A stretch of 64,000 bases of DNA from Eledone cirrhosa (GCA_964016885.1 CAXHJY010001097.1:158354-222353), one strand, 5' to 3'; positions 48,087 to 61,557 are shown, numbered from the stretch's first letter. Numbers and translations: made by a program. The notes: generated by a model not told the origin, from the sequence alone.

Positions 48087-51000
48087 GAGACTAGGTGCAG
48101 AGGTGGGACTGCTAGATTCATTTTGGGTAAAAAAAAGATGCTATAAACTTTTCTGGATGAGAAATGACAAAGGGCTGGGTGGAGTAGGAATTATGTTAGC
48201 AGAGAAATGGGTAGATAAGGTAATTGCCCTAAATAGAGTGAACAACAGAATAATTAGAATAAGAGTAATTCTAAATAGAACAACTATGACAATAATATCC
48301 ACTTATGCACCCCAATCTGGTCTACTTGACGTTATAAAAGACAGGTTCTATGATTTGCTAATGTTCATTTCCTCCCAAATAAACCTCAGTGACTGCATAA
48401 TTATTGCTGGTGACCTAAAAGGTCACGTTGGACAACATAGTGATGGCTATGATGGAATCCATGGAGGCTATGGGTTTGATACTAGAAATGAGAAAGGCTT
48501 CAGGATCCTGGAATTTTGTGATGCTAATAACGTAACTAACCCAAACTTCAAAAAACGAGACAATCACTTGGTCACCTGTGGATCACGGGAACACGCCAGC
48601 CAGATATATTATATCCTTATTAGAAGACGTGACAGAATGTCTGTTGTAAACACTAAATCCCTCCCCTGTGAAGAATTCACCTCCCAACATAGCCTAGTAG
48701 TTAGTGACATCATAGTCAGGACTAGACATAATCGACGACAGAGGGGGACTACCTTAAGGAGAAGATGGAAGTTGAAGGACCCCACAGCCAGTAAAAAATT
48801 TAAAAGCATATTAGTTAATGCTTTTGACAGTAAAGAGGTGCAATTAGAGACATACAATATAGAGGAACAGTGGGTATTCTTGAAAGTTAACCTGCTGAAG
48901 GCGACAGATGAAATCTGTTGCTGGAGCAGACCTATAGGCAGGAGGAGAGTAACTTGGAGGTGGAGGAGACAATCAGGCTTGGAAAGTATTGTGGGATGGG
49001 GAAAGTAGAGAACACTATTAGGTGGCTAGGAGACAATTGTACTTTGCAAGAAGGGAAGCAGAGAATAGAAAGTTCAAGCATGTTCTACAGCGTGAGGTGT
49101 TCAGGATCGCAATACAAAGTGTCAAGGAAAACCGTGATATTGTCAGGGAGAAGTGTGTCTGTAATGATGATGGTGTACTTGCCCTCACTGATACTGATAA
49201 GAAGGTAGCTTGGAAGTGTCACTACGAGAGACTACTAAGTGAGGAGAATAAATGGGAAAAAGATAGTCTACCCCAAATTGATCCAATAGAGGGACCAGCA
49301 GTGCAAGTTAATGGTAGTATAGTAAGTAAGGCAATCAAAGATATGAAGACGGACAAGGCAGCTGGGATTTGGAGATAGTTGTTGAGATGTTGAAAGCATC
49401 TGGAATTGTGGAACATACTATGGACACCCAGATAGTAAACCAAGTAATATAGAATGGGGTCATACCAGATGACTGGCGTAGCAGCATCATCGTTAACTGC
49501 TACAAGGGTAAAGGGGATGCTCTAGATAGGGGAAACTATAGAGGCATTAAGGTAGTTGACCAGGTCATGAAGGTCACAGAAAGAGTTATAGCACAACTAA
49601 TCAGAGACCAAATTGATCTAGATGAAATGTAGTTTGGGTTCGTGCCAGGTAAATGTACCACAGATGCTTTTTTTCCTTGTACAGCAACTATAGGAGAAGT
49701 AGCAAGCTAAAAGTAAACCCCTTATACTTAGCTTTTGTTGACTTGTAGAAAGCCTTTGACAGTCACACCCGCTCCATTATCTGGTGGGCCCTTAGAAATG
49801 TAGGAGTAGATGAATGGCTTGTGAGAGCTCTACAAGCCATGTATAAAGAAACAGTCAGCAAGGTTAGAATTAACAATGAATATAGTGAAGAATTTAGTGT
49901 AAAAGTAGGTGTTCAGCAAGGCCCCATCCTTAGATTCCTCCTGTTTATTATTGCCCTTCAGGCTATAATAGAGGGCTTTAAGATTAGCTGCCCATGGGAA
50001 CTTTTATATGCAGATGATCTAACTCTCCTAGCCGAATCTATGGCTGAACTACAGAAGAAATTCTAGAAATGGAGGCATGGCCTTGAATCAAAACGCCTTA
50101 AAGTTAACTTGTCTAAGACTAAAGGTCTAGTATGTAGAAAAGAAAATAGGGCACTGGTGCCATGCTCTGTGTGTAGGAAAGGAGTAGGTAGAAATTCCAT
50201 TCTATGTCCCAAATGCAAACTATGGATACATAAAAGATGTAGTGAGATCACAGGTAAGCTATCTAAGAATGTAGATTTTATATGTGGCCGATGCTCATGT
50301 GAAATAAGCAGCAAGTACCCACAGGATACTAGCACCTTCTACTGCCCAGATGGTTCTATAGAAATAGTGGACACTTTCCATTGCCTGGGTGACAAAATCA
50401 GCAGTGGTGGAGGGTGCTCTGAAAGTGTAGGAGCGAGACTTAGAACGGGATGGAGAAAGTTCAGAGAGCTTATACCGCTGCTAGACACAAACATTTCTCT
50501 CTAAAAATGAAAGGCAGATTGTATGATGCCTGTATACGAACAGCAATGTTACATGGCAGTGAGACATGGGCATTGTGTGCAGAGGACCTGCACAGATTGG
50601 AAAGGTATGAGGCATGCATGATCTGTTGGATGTGTAATTGTAAGATACATGAAGGGCAAAACATAAAGGAACTAAGTGAGAATTAGGAATAAGAGGGATC
50701 AGATGCTGTTTACTTGAGTGAAGATTACGTTGGTATGGTCATGTGATGCGCATGAAAGATGACAGCTTTATAAAAAAGTGCAGGGTGATCAAAATTGATG
50801 GAAGTTATGGAGTAGGTAGACCCAGAAAAACCTGGGACGACATAAAATCCAACCTTGCACACTTACACCTCTCTTAGACAATGTCACTGGATCGAGATCT
50901 ATGGTGCCACACAGTAACAGAGAAGACCTGCCTTCCATATGTGTAAAGTTAACCTACAGTCAGTAGGCCCCCTCCTAACCAAATATACACCCCAACCCAC

Positions 51001-51272
51001 AACCCCTACTCCATCCTCCCACTCCCACCAACACCACCCTGTCTCTGTAAAGTTATGTTGGTACCACAACATCCAGTCCAAGCTAAAGGGGTCGTGTAGG
51101 TGTCATCACGAAAAGGCTCCCAGTCCACTCTGGAAATGTGGTTGGTGTTAGGAAGGGCATCCAACTGTAGAAAACCTGCCAGATACAGTCCTATACGAGC
51201 GAGACACGGTCACCCGATCATTTCCCATCTAACCCATGCTAGCGTGGAAGATGGACGTTAAACAATGATGAT
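48087..51272 (+). mobile_element. Decayed RTE LINE
   Basis: Fragmented EN (48103-49008) and RT ORFs with many stops; 3' UTR and GAT tail. Confidence 0.9.
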
Positions 51273-51299
51273 GAATTGTGTTAATATATATACATACAT

Positions 51300-51485
51300 A
51301 ATAATACAAGGACGAATGGTTACTGCTTCATTACATTTATTGGTTGGTGACACATGTTTCACTATTGATCAGCTCAAGGTTTGATCTGTATCAATACAGA
51401 TCAAACCTTGAGCTGATCAATAACGAAACATGTGTCACCAACCAATAAAAGTAATGAAGGTGTAACCTTTTGTCCTTGTATTATT
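51300..51485. repeat. Foldback hairpin (~91-bp arms, <=4-nt loop)
   Basis: Centre TGTAT-CA-ATACA; arms contain GAAACATGTGTC. Confidence 0.9.
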
Positions 51486-51889
51486 CTATTACACTCTGTC
51501 TAGCTCTACACTTCACTACAGACGTGAACCTAAAGATGGAGTGCTCACCCAGGTGAACCTACAGTAACTCCGTGTTACACTCCCTGGATATATACATATA
51601 TATAATGTGGGTAATATTAAATATTATCCAATTACAAGTATGACAATAGCTCAATGTAAAACAACAAATATAATACAGAGGTGAAATATAATTTATTAAT
51701 AACATTTTTTGTATTAATTTTTTTATAAATTTTAATAATATTCAGCTTTTTACTCTACATTGATTAATTATTTTATTGTATTTGCTAATATATTATTGTA
51801 AAATTATTATTAATAATTTTAAAAATAATTCTCTAGTTGTATAATCATTAGCCCTAATATTTATTATTGTTATTATTACACCTTGACTA

Positions 51890-52056
51890 GGGCAGTGGAT
51901 TGGTAGAGGGTCGGACACCGTGCTTTGAAGCACAGAGTTACGGCCCTTTACGCTCTGATTTGAAATCCTGCCGAGGATAATTTGCCTTTGATAAAATAAA
52001 TTACCAGTAATGCACTGGGGTAATTGCTGGCCTTGTGCCAAATGTAGAAACAATTA
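51890..52056 (+). mobile_element. Decayed family-1 SINE
   Basis: GGCAGTGGATTGGTAGAGGGTCGGAC head and family tail. Confidence 0.7.
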
Positions 52057-52200
52057 TTACATTTGAAGTATAACAGATTATCTATATACTTAAGACTGAA
52101 AGATGTAGTTGAACTTTTTATTATAAATATATTAAAAATATACTTTGAAGATGTATTTTTACATTCTTAAATTTATATTTGATCCATGCACTAGCTTTAG

Positions 52201-54415
52201 TCATCATCATCATCATTTTATGACCGCTTTTCTCTGCTTGCAAGGGTGGGACGGGTCCTATTCAGCACAGCATCACTCCCCTTGTCACGGTCCTTCGTCA
52301 TCTCCTCCGTGTGTTTCAGTGATCTGAGGTCTGCTCTCACCACCTCCACCCATGTTTTTCGTGGTCTTCCTCTATTGTGTCTTCTTTCTACCGGGATTTC
52401 TTGGCACTTCTTTACCCAGTGGTCATCCTCCATGTTCATCACATGTCCATACCATCTCAGTCTTCTCTCCCGCACACCACAACTTATCCCTCTTATATCC
52501 AGTTTCTTTCTCAACTCGTCTATGCTTGGTCGTTCACGCATATTGACATTGCACATCCAACAGAGCATGCTCGCTTCATTTCTCTGCAGCCATCACATAT
52601 TCTCTGTACTTGCTGTCCATGTCTCACTACCATGCAGCATTGCACATCTCACACAGGCATCATATAACCGGCCTTTCGTATGCAGAGAGAAACCCTTACT
52701 TGTGAACAGAGGAAGCAGCTCCCTAAACTTCTTCCAACCCGTCCTTATTCTAGATACTATGGCCTCGGAACACTCTCCTCCCATGCTAATCTGATCACCT
52801 AGGTACCGGAAGCTATCAACCACTTCTATAGAGCCATATGCATTGGAAAAATGTGTCTATCACTGTGATTACTACAGTCAACTTTCCCTGTACATCTACT
52901 GCATACATAGTTTTCCATACCTGTTAGTTTACCTGCTATCCCACTACATCTCTTGTGTACCCAAGATCCGCATTACGTAGATTTTATAGAATTTATGCCA
53001 GTTCCTTTTCTACATATCGAACATGGCCATTTCCCTGATGTAATCAGAGTATTGTCCTCTCTGTCCTTCTATGTTCACTCTCAGTCCTCTTGCTTCCAAC
53101 TGCTGTTTCCATAGCCAGATTTTATTCTCTATCTCCTCTACTGATTCTGCTATAAGAACCAGATCATCAGCATAGAGAAGTTCCCATGGGTATCCAGTCT
53201 TAAACTCCTCTGTTATGGCTTGGAGGACTATAATAAACAAGAGCGGGCTGAGGACCGAACACTGATGTACACCTACTTGTATCTGGAACTCCTCACTAGA
53301 CTCCATTCCTACCCTCAATTTACTGACAGCACCCCCTGAACACAGCTTGCACTGTCCTCAGAAGCCATTCCTCTACACCTAGTTTCCTTAGGGACCACCA
53401 AATGACAGATTGGGGTACCCTATCAAAGGCCTTCTCTAAGTCAACAAAAGCTAAGTATAGTGACTTATTCTTCTCTAAGAACCTCTCTTGTAGTTGTCTC
53501 ACTAAGAAGAGGGCATGTTGTACTTTTCTGAGGCACAAAACCAAACTGCATCTCATCTAATTTGACCCTTTCTCTAATTAGTTGCACTAATATTCTCTCT
53601 GCCACTTTCATAACCTGATCCATCAGCTTTATGCCCATATAATTGCTCCTCTACAGAGCATCCCCTTTATCTTTGTACCAATTTATGAGAATACTGCAGC
53701 ACCAGTCTTTGGGTATGACACCACCATATATAGCTTGATTGATGATGTGTACAACCAGTTTAGTGCCTACTTTTCCTGATGCCTTCAGCATCTCAGCAAC
53801 TATCCCGGACGGTCCAGCTGCCTTACCATTTTTCATTTCCTTAATTGCCTCTTGTACCCTATATTGGCCAATCTCAATAGCTGGTCCCTCTGTCGGGTTT
53901 ACTGGGGATAGTTTCCCTCTCTCCCATTCATTCTCCACATTCATCAGCCTCTCATAATGACATTTCCAGGCCTCCTATTTTTGATAAGTCGTAACACTAA
54001 GTACACCGTCATCATTCCGGACACACTTATCTCCAACATCATCCTGATTTACACTGACACACTGCCTTGCAATGTGGAACACCGCACGCCTCTGATCTTC
54101 CCATCACAGAACATTGGCAAACCTCCTACTCTCAGCCTCCGTGCGTGCTAAGTACACCTGACGTCTAGCTTCTTTCTTAGCGGCCGTATATCCTATTCCA
54201 CTCCCACCATTTTTCCAAGGCTTCCATGCTAGTCTTTTGTCTCTAATGGCCTTATCTACCGTGTTGTCCCACCACCAGGTCACTCTCTGTCTGGTCGGAG
54301 CTCTGCTCCAGCCACAAGTTTCTTCAGTAGCCTGCAGTAAGTTGTCACGTAAGAATTTCCAGTTATCATCTATGTCATACAACTCTAAAACGTCTTCTTT
54401 CTCGTCATACACATC
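52201..54415 (-). mobile_element. Divergent RTE family, 5'-truncated and decayed
   Basis: Fragments TWWWD, DLEKAFD, YADD, RLRWYGHV; very short 3' UTR and (GAT)n tail. Confidence 0.88.
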
Positions 54416-54814
54416 TTGAAGGGCTTAAGAGATTTAATATTCTTAAGATTTAGATGTTTAAACTAATTTTAGTCAATTAAATGTGTTGTTTGTTTTGCTT
54501 GTATTCACTTCTTTATAAACAAACCACAGTGCTGCTACCACGGTTGTTATGGCTACCTCCCACCACTCCTCTCTCTATCAATGGCAGCAGACGACCAAGA
54601 AAAATATATTAAAATATTATAAATATATCGTATAATATCCTTACAGCTGATTTATTTTATCTAACTTTGTCTTGTTTATCTCATTCTGTTCTTTATAAAC
54701 CCATTTATAACATTTTATTAGGTTTTCTCAACGTAAACATCGGCGGTTGTCCCCTCTCTCTATATCTTATACTCCCTCTCTCTGTATATCATACTCTCTC
54801 TCTCTCCATTATAA

Positions 54815-55180
54815 CATGTTAGAAATAACAGCCAAATCTCTCGTAAAACATAAACCTCAATGCCTTAGAACCTGCTAAAAATAGCAGTCAAACCTCCCTC
54901 CCACGCTCATCACTACCATAGAACCTACTAGAAACAGCAGCTAATTCATTATTATTTCTTGTCTTCAAGAGGATGCAGGAAATAGCAACTAACTTGATGA
55001 AGAAAATATCAGAAATAACAACTAGATCTTCCTTAAATAAAACACACACGTGGTCCTTGTAAAATGCTAGAAATACCAGTCAAATAACGTAACCAGATAA
55101 CTTTTAATATAATAGTAACAAAAAAAATGTGCTTCAAAGTATAACTAAAAATGCTAGAAAAAGCAGCTAAATCTACTCAA
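54815..55180 (+). repeat. Degenerate array of GCTAGAAATAGCAGCCAAAT-like motifs (~7)
   Basis: Irregular spacing; single copies elsewhere (16947, 43133, 46401). Confidence 0.5.
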
Positions 55181-55685
55181 ACATCTACTCGTCTTCTTAA
55201 AATATCCCCTAATCGTATATTTTAATCTCGTCTCAAGAATCGTAATCTACGCATTTGGCTACATCTACTGTATAAGTCCCGTCTGTAAAGTATTATAACT
55301 TGTGTATTGTTCACTCGATCTCGCTAACATTTTACACATTGCCAAAGGAGGATACGAGACGTGGCAATAACAACTATTTATTGCATAATTGTTACTTTCA
55401 AAGTGATTATCGCCATTTTTCTAATCCTTGTGTGACTTTGTGTTAAAAAATCTCCAGAGAGAGAGATAGATTTCTTTATTTACCATAAAGGCATAAAAAG
55501 AAGGGACAAATACAAAGGGGGAGTTTACATATAATCGAGTAAAAAGGGTGTAACATGAAAATAATCGAAAATAACCTCAAAAGGGAGGGGACGTGATGGG
55601 GGTTGCACACACCCCCGAAAAAGTGTGCAATCCTTTGCCCGGGGAGCACATGGAGAAGGTGTTCCCCTCTCCTTTACTTCTTTAC

Positions 55686-58600
55686 CTACAGGATGGTATA
55701 CAGAGAAGGCCCATTTACACGAGCCATTCTCGCCACTATCACCCACCTTTCATAAAACTGCCTGTGGCCAAGCACCTCTCTCTCCATTCTTATCCTTCTT
55801 CCGAAGTGATATCGGAAGAAGTAGACCAGACTATGGCCAGAGAGGAAGTTGCCTGACCTCAGACCTTTCAATCGTGTCCACCAAACAACCTCTTTCAACA
55901 TGGCTATTACGCACAGAAAAACCGCCTTTGCTTCCTTTGTGAAGAGGGGAGGCGGTTTGATTGTCATCACGGACTCGGCGGTCAATTTAATCGGCGCCAC
56001 CCGCGACAGCAGTTGTTCGGCGTAGCCCCACAGATCAGCCACGCCCGGACATTGCACCAATGCGTGCGCCACGGTTTCTTCGTGACGCACGCATCTAGGG
56101 CAAATCTTTTTTGAGGGATCCCTGCCCGGGCGCCCGTGTCTGTAGAGCCTCTCTCGAACGGGTAGAGCCCCTCGGTAGCACTGCCAGGCCAGTGACTTCT
56201 GGAAGTTGTCCATTGGTCCTGGGCCGAAAGTCCTACCGAACAGGCTGGCCAGTTCGTCTTCTTCCATGTCCAGCGACTCTCCAAGGGTGTCATCGCCCCT
56301 GCTAGCCACCAGCCCTCTATAGAATGATGAGGTGGATTCTCCACCGATGGCCCGGCCCGCTTGCCAGAGAGCCCTGAGCGCCTGAGCACACTCAGTGTGC
56401 CAGTCTCCCAGTTTTCCGGATCTTTGCTTGACCCAGGACTGTAGCTCGGTGAGTGAGACGAGTCTCGGAAAGGCTCGTTTCACGAACGGAGCCCACACCG
56501 GTTGACCAGTGAGGAATACCTGTAGGTGCCGTAGCCTTAATGCGTGCCTACGCATCATCAACCACGGCATCCCCAGCCCTCCTTTCGAAGGTTGTTGGCA
56601 GCAGATGGATCTTCTCACCATAGGAGGACGCTTCTTCCAAAGAAATTGGAAGAGCATGCGTTCCATGGTGGTGAGTGTTTCCTTAGGGCAAGGCACGACA
56701 GTCAGGCGGTAGTAAGTGACGGACGCTATGTAAATGTTCGCCACCTCCGCCCGGCCTTTTAGGGACAGCTTACACTTGGCCCATTTCTGGGTTAGTGCAA
56801 ACACCTTGTTCGTAACCTCGTTCCAGTTCTTTTCCACCTGGAGGTCCGGTCCAAACCAGACCCCAAGCAACTTTACCGGGCCCTCCGTCCAGTGTCCGAC
56901 GACACCGTCAGGAGGCATCGGTTTGCCTCTCCACGTTCCGAGTTGCAGCCCGATGGATTTTTCCCGGTTCAGTTTCGCTCCTGACAACCTTTCGTACTCC
57001 TCCAGTAAGGTACCGATCGCCTCGATCTCCGAGTCGGTTGATACCATTACTGTTACGTCATCGGCGTAGGCCGACACCGCTTTGCTCAATCCTGGTTCCA
57101 GGGGGATACCCTGCAACAACTCCAACTTCCTCAGTAAAGGCTCGAGAGTCAATACGTACAGAAGGGAGGAGAGAGGGCACCCCTGTCGAATGGATCGTGT
57201 GATTTCGAACGGCTTCGAAAGGTAGCCGTTCACCTTGATCCTAGAACAGATGTGGTTGCTATGTAGGGCAGTGATCCAGCCTCTGAAAACAGGACCGAAC
57301 CCAGCCGCCGCTAGCACCGCATCCAGGTAACCATGGTCGACCCTATCGAAGGCCTTAGACTGATCCAAGTTGATCAGGGCCCCACCGAAGCCGGGTTTGT
57401 TGCCAACCCTCTCTATGATGTATCGCATGAGGTGGAGGTTATCGTGAATGGACCTGGATGGGATAGCACATGTCTGCGCATCTCCCACCAGGCCACCCAC
57501 GACAAGCGCCAACCTCTTTGCTAACACCTTGGCCAAAATCTTTAACTCTGTGTTTAGCAGGGTTATGGGCCGAAAATTATTTATACTATCCCCCTTGTTC
57601 TCGTCCTTCCTCACCAGCGTGACTACGCCCTTGGCTACAGAACAAGGAATTCTCCCGTTCTGCTGCCAATTGCAGTAGACCGCTTCGAGGAGTTCGGAGA
57701 AGAAGACCGGCATTGCTAAATAAAGTTCGTAAGGTATACCATCGAGACCTGGAGATTTGCGTCTGCTGCATTGGCTCAGCGCATCTCCGATCTCATCAGC
57801 CGAGATTGGTCCCTCGCAGGACTCTGCCTCTTTGTTCGAGAGACGCGGCAGGCCGTCGAGGTATGGACCGAAATCCACGCCCCGGCCCGGACCCTCGCCT
57901 CCCCCGAACAATCGGGCAAAGTGCTTTTGAAAGGCCTCGCACATCTGCTTAGGCTCCCGGATCACTCGTCCATCTTCGTCTTGCAACGACCGGATGGTGG
58001 ATCGATTTCCACTTTTAGCTTCTGTCACGCGGGCCCATCCAACGGCTTTGGCCCCCTCATTACCTAGAGCACGTATTTTACTTCGAATGACGCAGCCTTC
58101 ATGCTTTGCATCGAAAAACTGGTTCAAGGCCGTCCTCGATGCCAGCACTCTGGCCACATCTTCGCTCTTGATTGCCTCTTCTAATTTACCTGTTAATTCT
58201 TTCTCGTTTCTATTCCTATTGGCAGCTAACATCTTGCTATAACTTATTGATTCTGTTCTAATCTCTCTTTTGAGAGATGCCCACCATCGGTTGTTGACGA
58301 TTGCACCCGTCAACCTCTCCTTAACTAATCTGCTAATCCGGTTTCTGTAAGTCTCTTTTGCCGGTAAAGACAAATTAAGTTTCCAGTAACCGGGACCCTG
58401 TCTATGTGTTTTCTCGAGATTGACCACGCAGGTCACTAATTTGTGATCCGTGTAGCCAACCGTGCGCATTTCTGGACAGCTTAATATGTCCCTATCCTTA
58501 CTTCTAACTAAGAATCTATCTAAGTACGATCTAGATTGACCACTGTGGTTTCTCCAAGTCCAGGTAGGCACAGTTGGAAAATCTAGTCGATATCTATCGA

Positions 58601-59123
58601 CCAAGTTAAAACGGTCGAGTAACCCCTTGAGGCTGTTACACCCCCCTCTATTAGGACATGCTCCTGCATAGTCCCAACGTGCATCTAGGATGTCATTCCA
58701 ATCCCCCGCTAGAAGCAGGGAACGCGACGTTCCCAGAAAAGTCTCCAAACGCTGGAAGAAGTCGGGCCGTTCAGCTCCGAAAGGGGAGTAGACGGCGACC
58801 AGTCTCAAGGCCGCACTTTCACTACTGCCAACGTCTAGCACCAACAAACGACCCTCCGGGTCCGAGTGCACAACCTGTACGGCAAGACCCAGGTGTTTTT
58901 GCAGCAGCACGACAACCCCACCCCCACCTCCAGGTTGACAGAGAGATGCATGCACCTCAAAGTCATCGAAGGTGGGGGCCAGCTGCCGCATGACGCTGAT
59001 TCGAGTCTCACAGATAACCATTACATTTATACTACATGACCTGAGGTCATTTAGAAGCTTTGCTTGCTTCCAAGTTGAGCCCAGGCCACGTGCATTCAAA
59101 CATCCTACTCTTAACACATCCAT
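55686..59123 (-). CDS. Tx1-type ORF2: APE endonuclease, RT and C-terminal CCHC finger, intact
   Basis: 1145 aa; LNARGL, GDWN, YLDRFL, TDH, GPGYWKLN, DQSKAFD, RQGCPLS, YADD, CPRC...ETVAHALVQC. Confidence 0.95.
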   Translation of the reverse strand: MDVLRVGCLNARGLGSTWKQAKLLNDLRSCSINVMVICETRISVMRQLAPTFDDFEVHASLCQPGGGGGVVVLLQKHLGLAVQVVHSDPEGRLLVLDVGSSESAALRLVAVYSPFGAERPDFFQRLETFLGTSRSLLLAGDWNDILDARWDYAGACPNRGGCNSLKGLLDRFNLVDRYRLDFPTVPTWTWRNHSGQSRSYLDRFLVRSKDRDILSCPEMRTVGYTDHKLVTCVVNLEKTHRQGPGYWKLNLSLPAKETYRNRISRLVKERLTGAIVNNRWWASLKREIRTESISYSKMLAANRNRNEKELTGKLEEAIKSEDVARVLASRTALNQFFDAKHEGCVIRSKIRALGNEGAKAVGWARVTEAKSGNRSTIRSLQDEDGRVIREPKQMCEAFQKHFARLFGGGEGPGRGVDFGPYLDGLPRLSNKEAESCEGPISADEIGDALSQCSRRKSPGLDGIPYELYLAMPVFFSELLEAVYCNWQQNGRIPCSVAKGVVTLVRKDENKGDSINNFRPITLLNTELKILAKVLAKRLALVVGGLVGDAQTCAIPSRSIHDNLHLMRYIIERVGNKPGFGGALINLDQSKAFDRVDHGYLDAVLAAAGFGPVFRGWITALHSNHICSRIKVNGYLSKPFEITRSIRQGCPLSSLLYVLTLEPLLRKLELLQGIPLEPGLSKAVSAYADDVTVMVSTDSEIEAIGTLLEEYERLSGAKLNREKSIGLQLGTWRGKPMPPDGVVGHWTEGPVKLLGVWFGPDLQVEKNWNEVTNKVFALTQKWAKCKLSLKGRAEVANIYIASVTYYRLTVVPCPKETLTTMERMLFQFLWKKRPPMVRRSICCQQPSKGGLGMPWLMMRRHALRLRHLQVFLTGQPVWAPFVKRAFPRLVSLTELQSWVKQRSGKLGDWHTECAQALRALWQAGRAIGGESTSSFYRGLVASRGDDTLGESLDMEEDELASLFGRTFGPGPMDNFQKSLAWQCYRGALPVRERLYRHGRPGRDPSKKICPRCVRHEETVAHALVQCPGVADLWGYAEQLLSRVAPIKLTAESVMTIKPPPLFTKEAKAVFLCVIAMLKEVVWWTRLKGLRSGNFLSGHSLVYFFRYHFGRRIRMEREVLGHRQFYERWVIVARMARVNGPSLYTIL

Positions 59124-59156
59124 GTGGGCGGCAGAGCCAAAGGAGAGTGTAGAGAC

Positions 59157-59999
59157 CTACCTTTCCGCTTCCCGGGGTTCGGGTTGCACGACTTCCATGG
59201 GGTCGGGGGTGTTGGGTGAAGGGGTGTCTTGTGGTGGTGTGGGGTCGTCGGTGTGTGGTGGGGTTGGGGTGTTTGGAGTTGTGTTGGGGAGGGGAAGGGG
59301 AGGGGGAAAGCTTTTTAGTAGGACGCGGTTTATGGGTTTGACAGAGGGTGGTCCTACGTCCTCCTTAAAATCCTTTTTTAGTTTTTGGTAGAGGTTCATT
59401 GGGATTTTTATTAGTTTTAAATGTGGGTGGTTTTCTGATGAAACAAAGTTTACACCTTCGGTTTGTACCGAAGGATTATTGTATATGAGTTCATTTAATT
59501 TATTATTGTTTCTGTTGATGTAAGTATAGTGTAATGTCTTTTTTTCCGATGGTGTGAGTGTTTCGAAGAGGGGAGGGGCAGGTTTGGTTTTGTTTGTTGC
59601 TGGAGGGGTGTTTTCTGTTTTGTTAGATTGTGTTGCGATTTGGGTGGGGGTTGTTTGTCCTTGTGTGTTTTGCACATGTTTTCTTTTTTTCCTTTTAATC
59701 TGTCTGAAGGACTCCGTTTCTTCCTCCGAATTCGTTGGGTTATCTTCAGTGTTGGAGGGAAGAGGTATGTTTGCTGGTAATGTTTCCGTGTTGGTTTTCT
59801 TTGTGGGGGAGATGGATGTCACTATGTTAGACTGTGTTGTGTGTTGTGTCTGCGGTGGTTGTGTTGTTTTATTGAGTGAGAGGTTGGGTGGGCCTGTATT
59901 TTGTTTTGGGGTAATGTGTTGTGACTGTTTGTGTTGTGGTGGTGTTGTGGTGTTACTGAGGGACGGGTTGGGTGGGACTGAGTTTTGTTGTTTGTTTAC
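59157..59999 (-). CDS. C-terminal part of Tx1 ORF1 (P/T/N-rich, KRKKRK basic patch)
   Basis: Open frame ending 33 nt before the ORF2 ATG; no start codon within the element. Confidence 0.65.
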   Translation of the reverse strand, partial: VNKQQNSVPPNPSLSNTTTPPQHKQSQHITPKQNTGPPNLSLNKTTQPPQTQHTTQSNIVTSISPTKKTNTETLPANIPLPSNTEDNPTNSEEETESFRQIKRKKRKHVQNTQGQTTPTQIATQSNKTENTPPATNKTKPAPPLFETLTPSEKKTLHYTYINRNNNKLNELIYNNPSVQTEGVNFVSSENHPHLKLIKIPMNLYQKLKKDFKEDVGPPSVKPINRVLLKSFPPPLPLPNTTPNTPTPPHTDDPTPPQDTPSPNTPDPMEVVQPEPREAER

Positions 60000-60907
60000 C
60001 CAGAGAGAGAGATAGATAGATAGAGAGAGAAGGCTGTGTGAGAGGGGAAATAAAGAGAGAGAGAGAGAGATAATGCTGTGTGAGAGGGGAAAGAGAGAGA
60101 GAGAGAGAGAGAATGCTGTGTGAGAGGGGAAAGAGAGAGAGAGAAGACTGTGTGAGAGGGGAAAGAGAGAGAAGGCTGAGTGAGAGCAGAAAGAGAGAGA
60201 GAGAATGTCTATAGGAGGGAAACAGAGACAGAAAGAAAGAGATAAAAAAAGGAAGAGGGAGAGAGAGTGAGAGAAGGGACTGGCAAAAAGAGAGAGAAAG
60301 AAGAGGTTGTGTGAGAGGGGAAAGAAAGAGAAAGAAGGGGTTGTATGAGAGGGGAAAGAGAGAGAGGGTGAGAGAGTAAGTAACCACGTGAGAAGAGAAG
60401 CAGACGACAATAGAAAATATTAAACACGATATTAGAAAAATATTTTTGTAAACATGACAATATTTTATATATACATACATGTATAGATAAATACTTATAT
60501 ACATATATATATTTATATATACATACATGTATATATAAATACATATATATGTATATATATATATACATACATGTATAGATAAATACTTATATATGTATAT
60601 ATATATATATACATACATGTATAGATAAATACATATATATATATATATGTATGCACACATGCATAGATAAATACATATATATATATATATATTTATGTAT
60701 ATATTTTATATATATATACATGCATAGATAAATACATACATATATATATATATATATATATTTTATATATTCATACATGCATAGATAAATACATACACAC
60801 ATATATATATATATATATTTTATATATTCATACATGCATAGATAAATATATATATATATATATATACATGCATATAGATAAATACATAGATAAATACATA
60901 TATATAT

Positions 60908-60943
<36 letters not shown>

Positions 60944-60977
60944 GCATAGATAAATACATAGATAAATACATAGATAA

Positions 60978-61016
<39 letters not shown>

Positions 61017-61040
61017 CATAGATAAATACATACACATATA
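60000..61040. repeat. Compound GA-rich then TA/CATG-rich simple repeats
   Basis: GCTGTGTGAGAGGGGAAAGAGA and CATGCATAGATAAATACATA units. Confidence 0.85.
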
Positions 61041-61060
61041 TATGTGAGCATTTTAAGTTT

Positions 61061-61306
61061 TTCCAAATCAAACGGTGAGTATTTTAAACTTTATTTTATC
61101 ATGAGTTAAGGCTTTATTGATTCTTCCCTGGATTTCACTAAATTCTGTGGAGGAATCTATTTCTTGATTCTCTTTCAGTTGAGTTTCAATTATTTTTCCC
61201 ACATCTTACCTTAACTATATTCCCCATCTTGACTCTATAGTCACTTATATATTATGGAATACTGTTGGCTTCTTGCTACAATGTTTTCTATACCTTTCAT
61301 TTATAT
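61061..61306 (+). repeat. Diverged partial copy of 63648-63894
   Basis: Colinear similarity from TTCCAAAT to CTATACCTTTCATTTATA. Confidence 0.75.
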
Positions 61307-61309
61307 ATA

Positions 61310-61426
61310 TATATATATATAGTTACGTGTATATATATAGTTACGTGTATATATATATATATATAATATATATATATACTTACGTATATATATATATATA
61401 TATATAATATATATATATACTTACGT

Positions 61427-61463
<37 letters not shown>

Positions 61464-61509
61464 CTAGTTATATATATATAATTATATATATATATATATA
61501 TATATCTAG

Positions 61510-61557
<48 letters not shown>

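Larger units (their letters stand above)
55471..59999 (-). mobile_element. Tx1/L1-clade LINE, truncated in ORF1, with 17-bp TSD
   Basis: CCAGAGAGAGAGATAGA at 55454-55470 and 60000-60016; AATAAA at 55475-55480 (minus strand). Confidence 0.9.

Noticed and set aside
60000-60410. Hydrophobic N-terminus of ORF 59157-60410
   Set aside because: Lies outside the TSD and is a translation of TC-rich repeat
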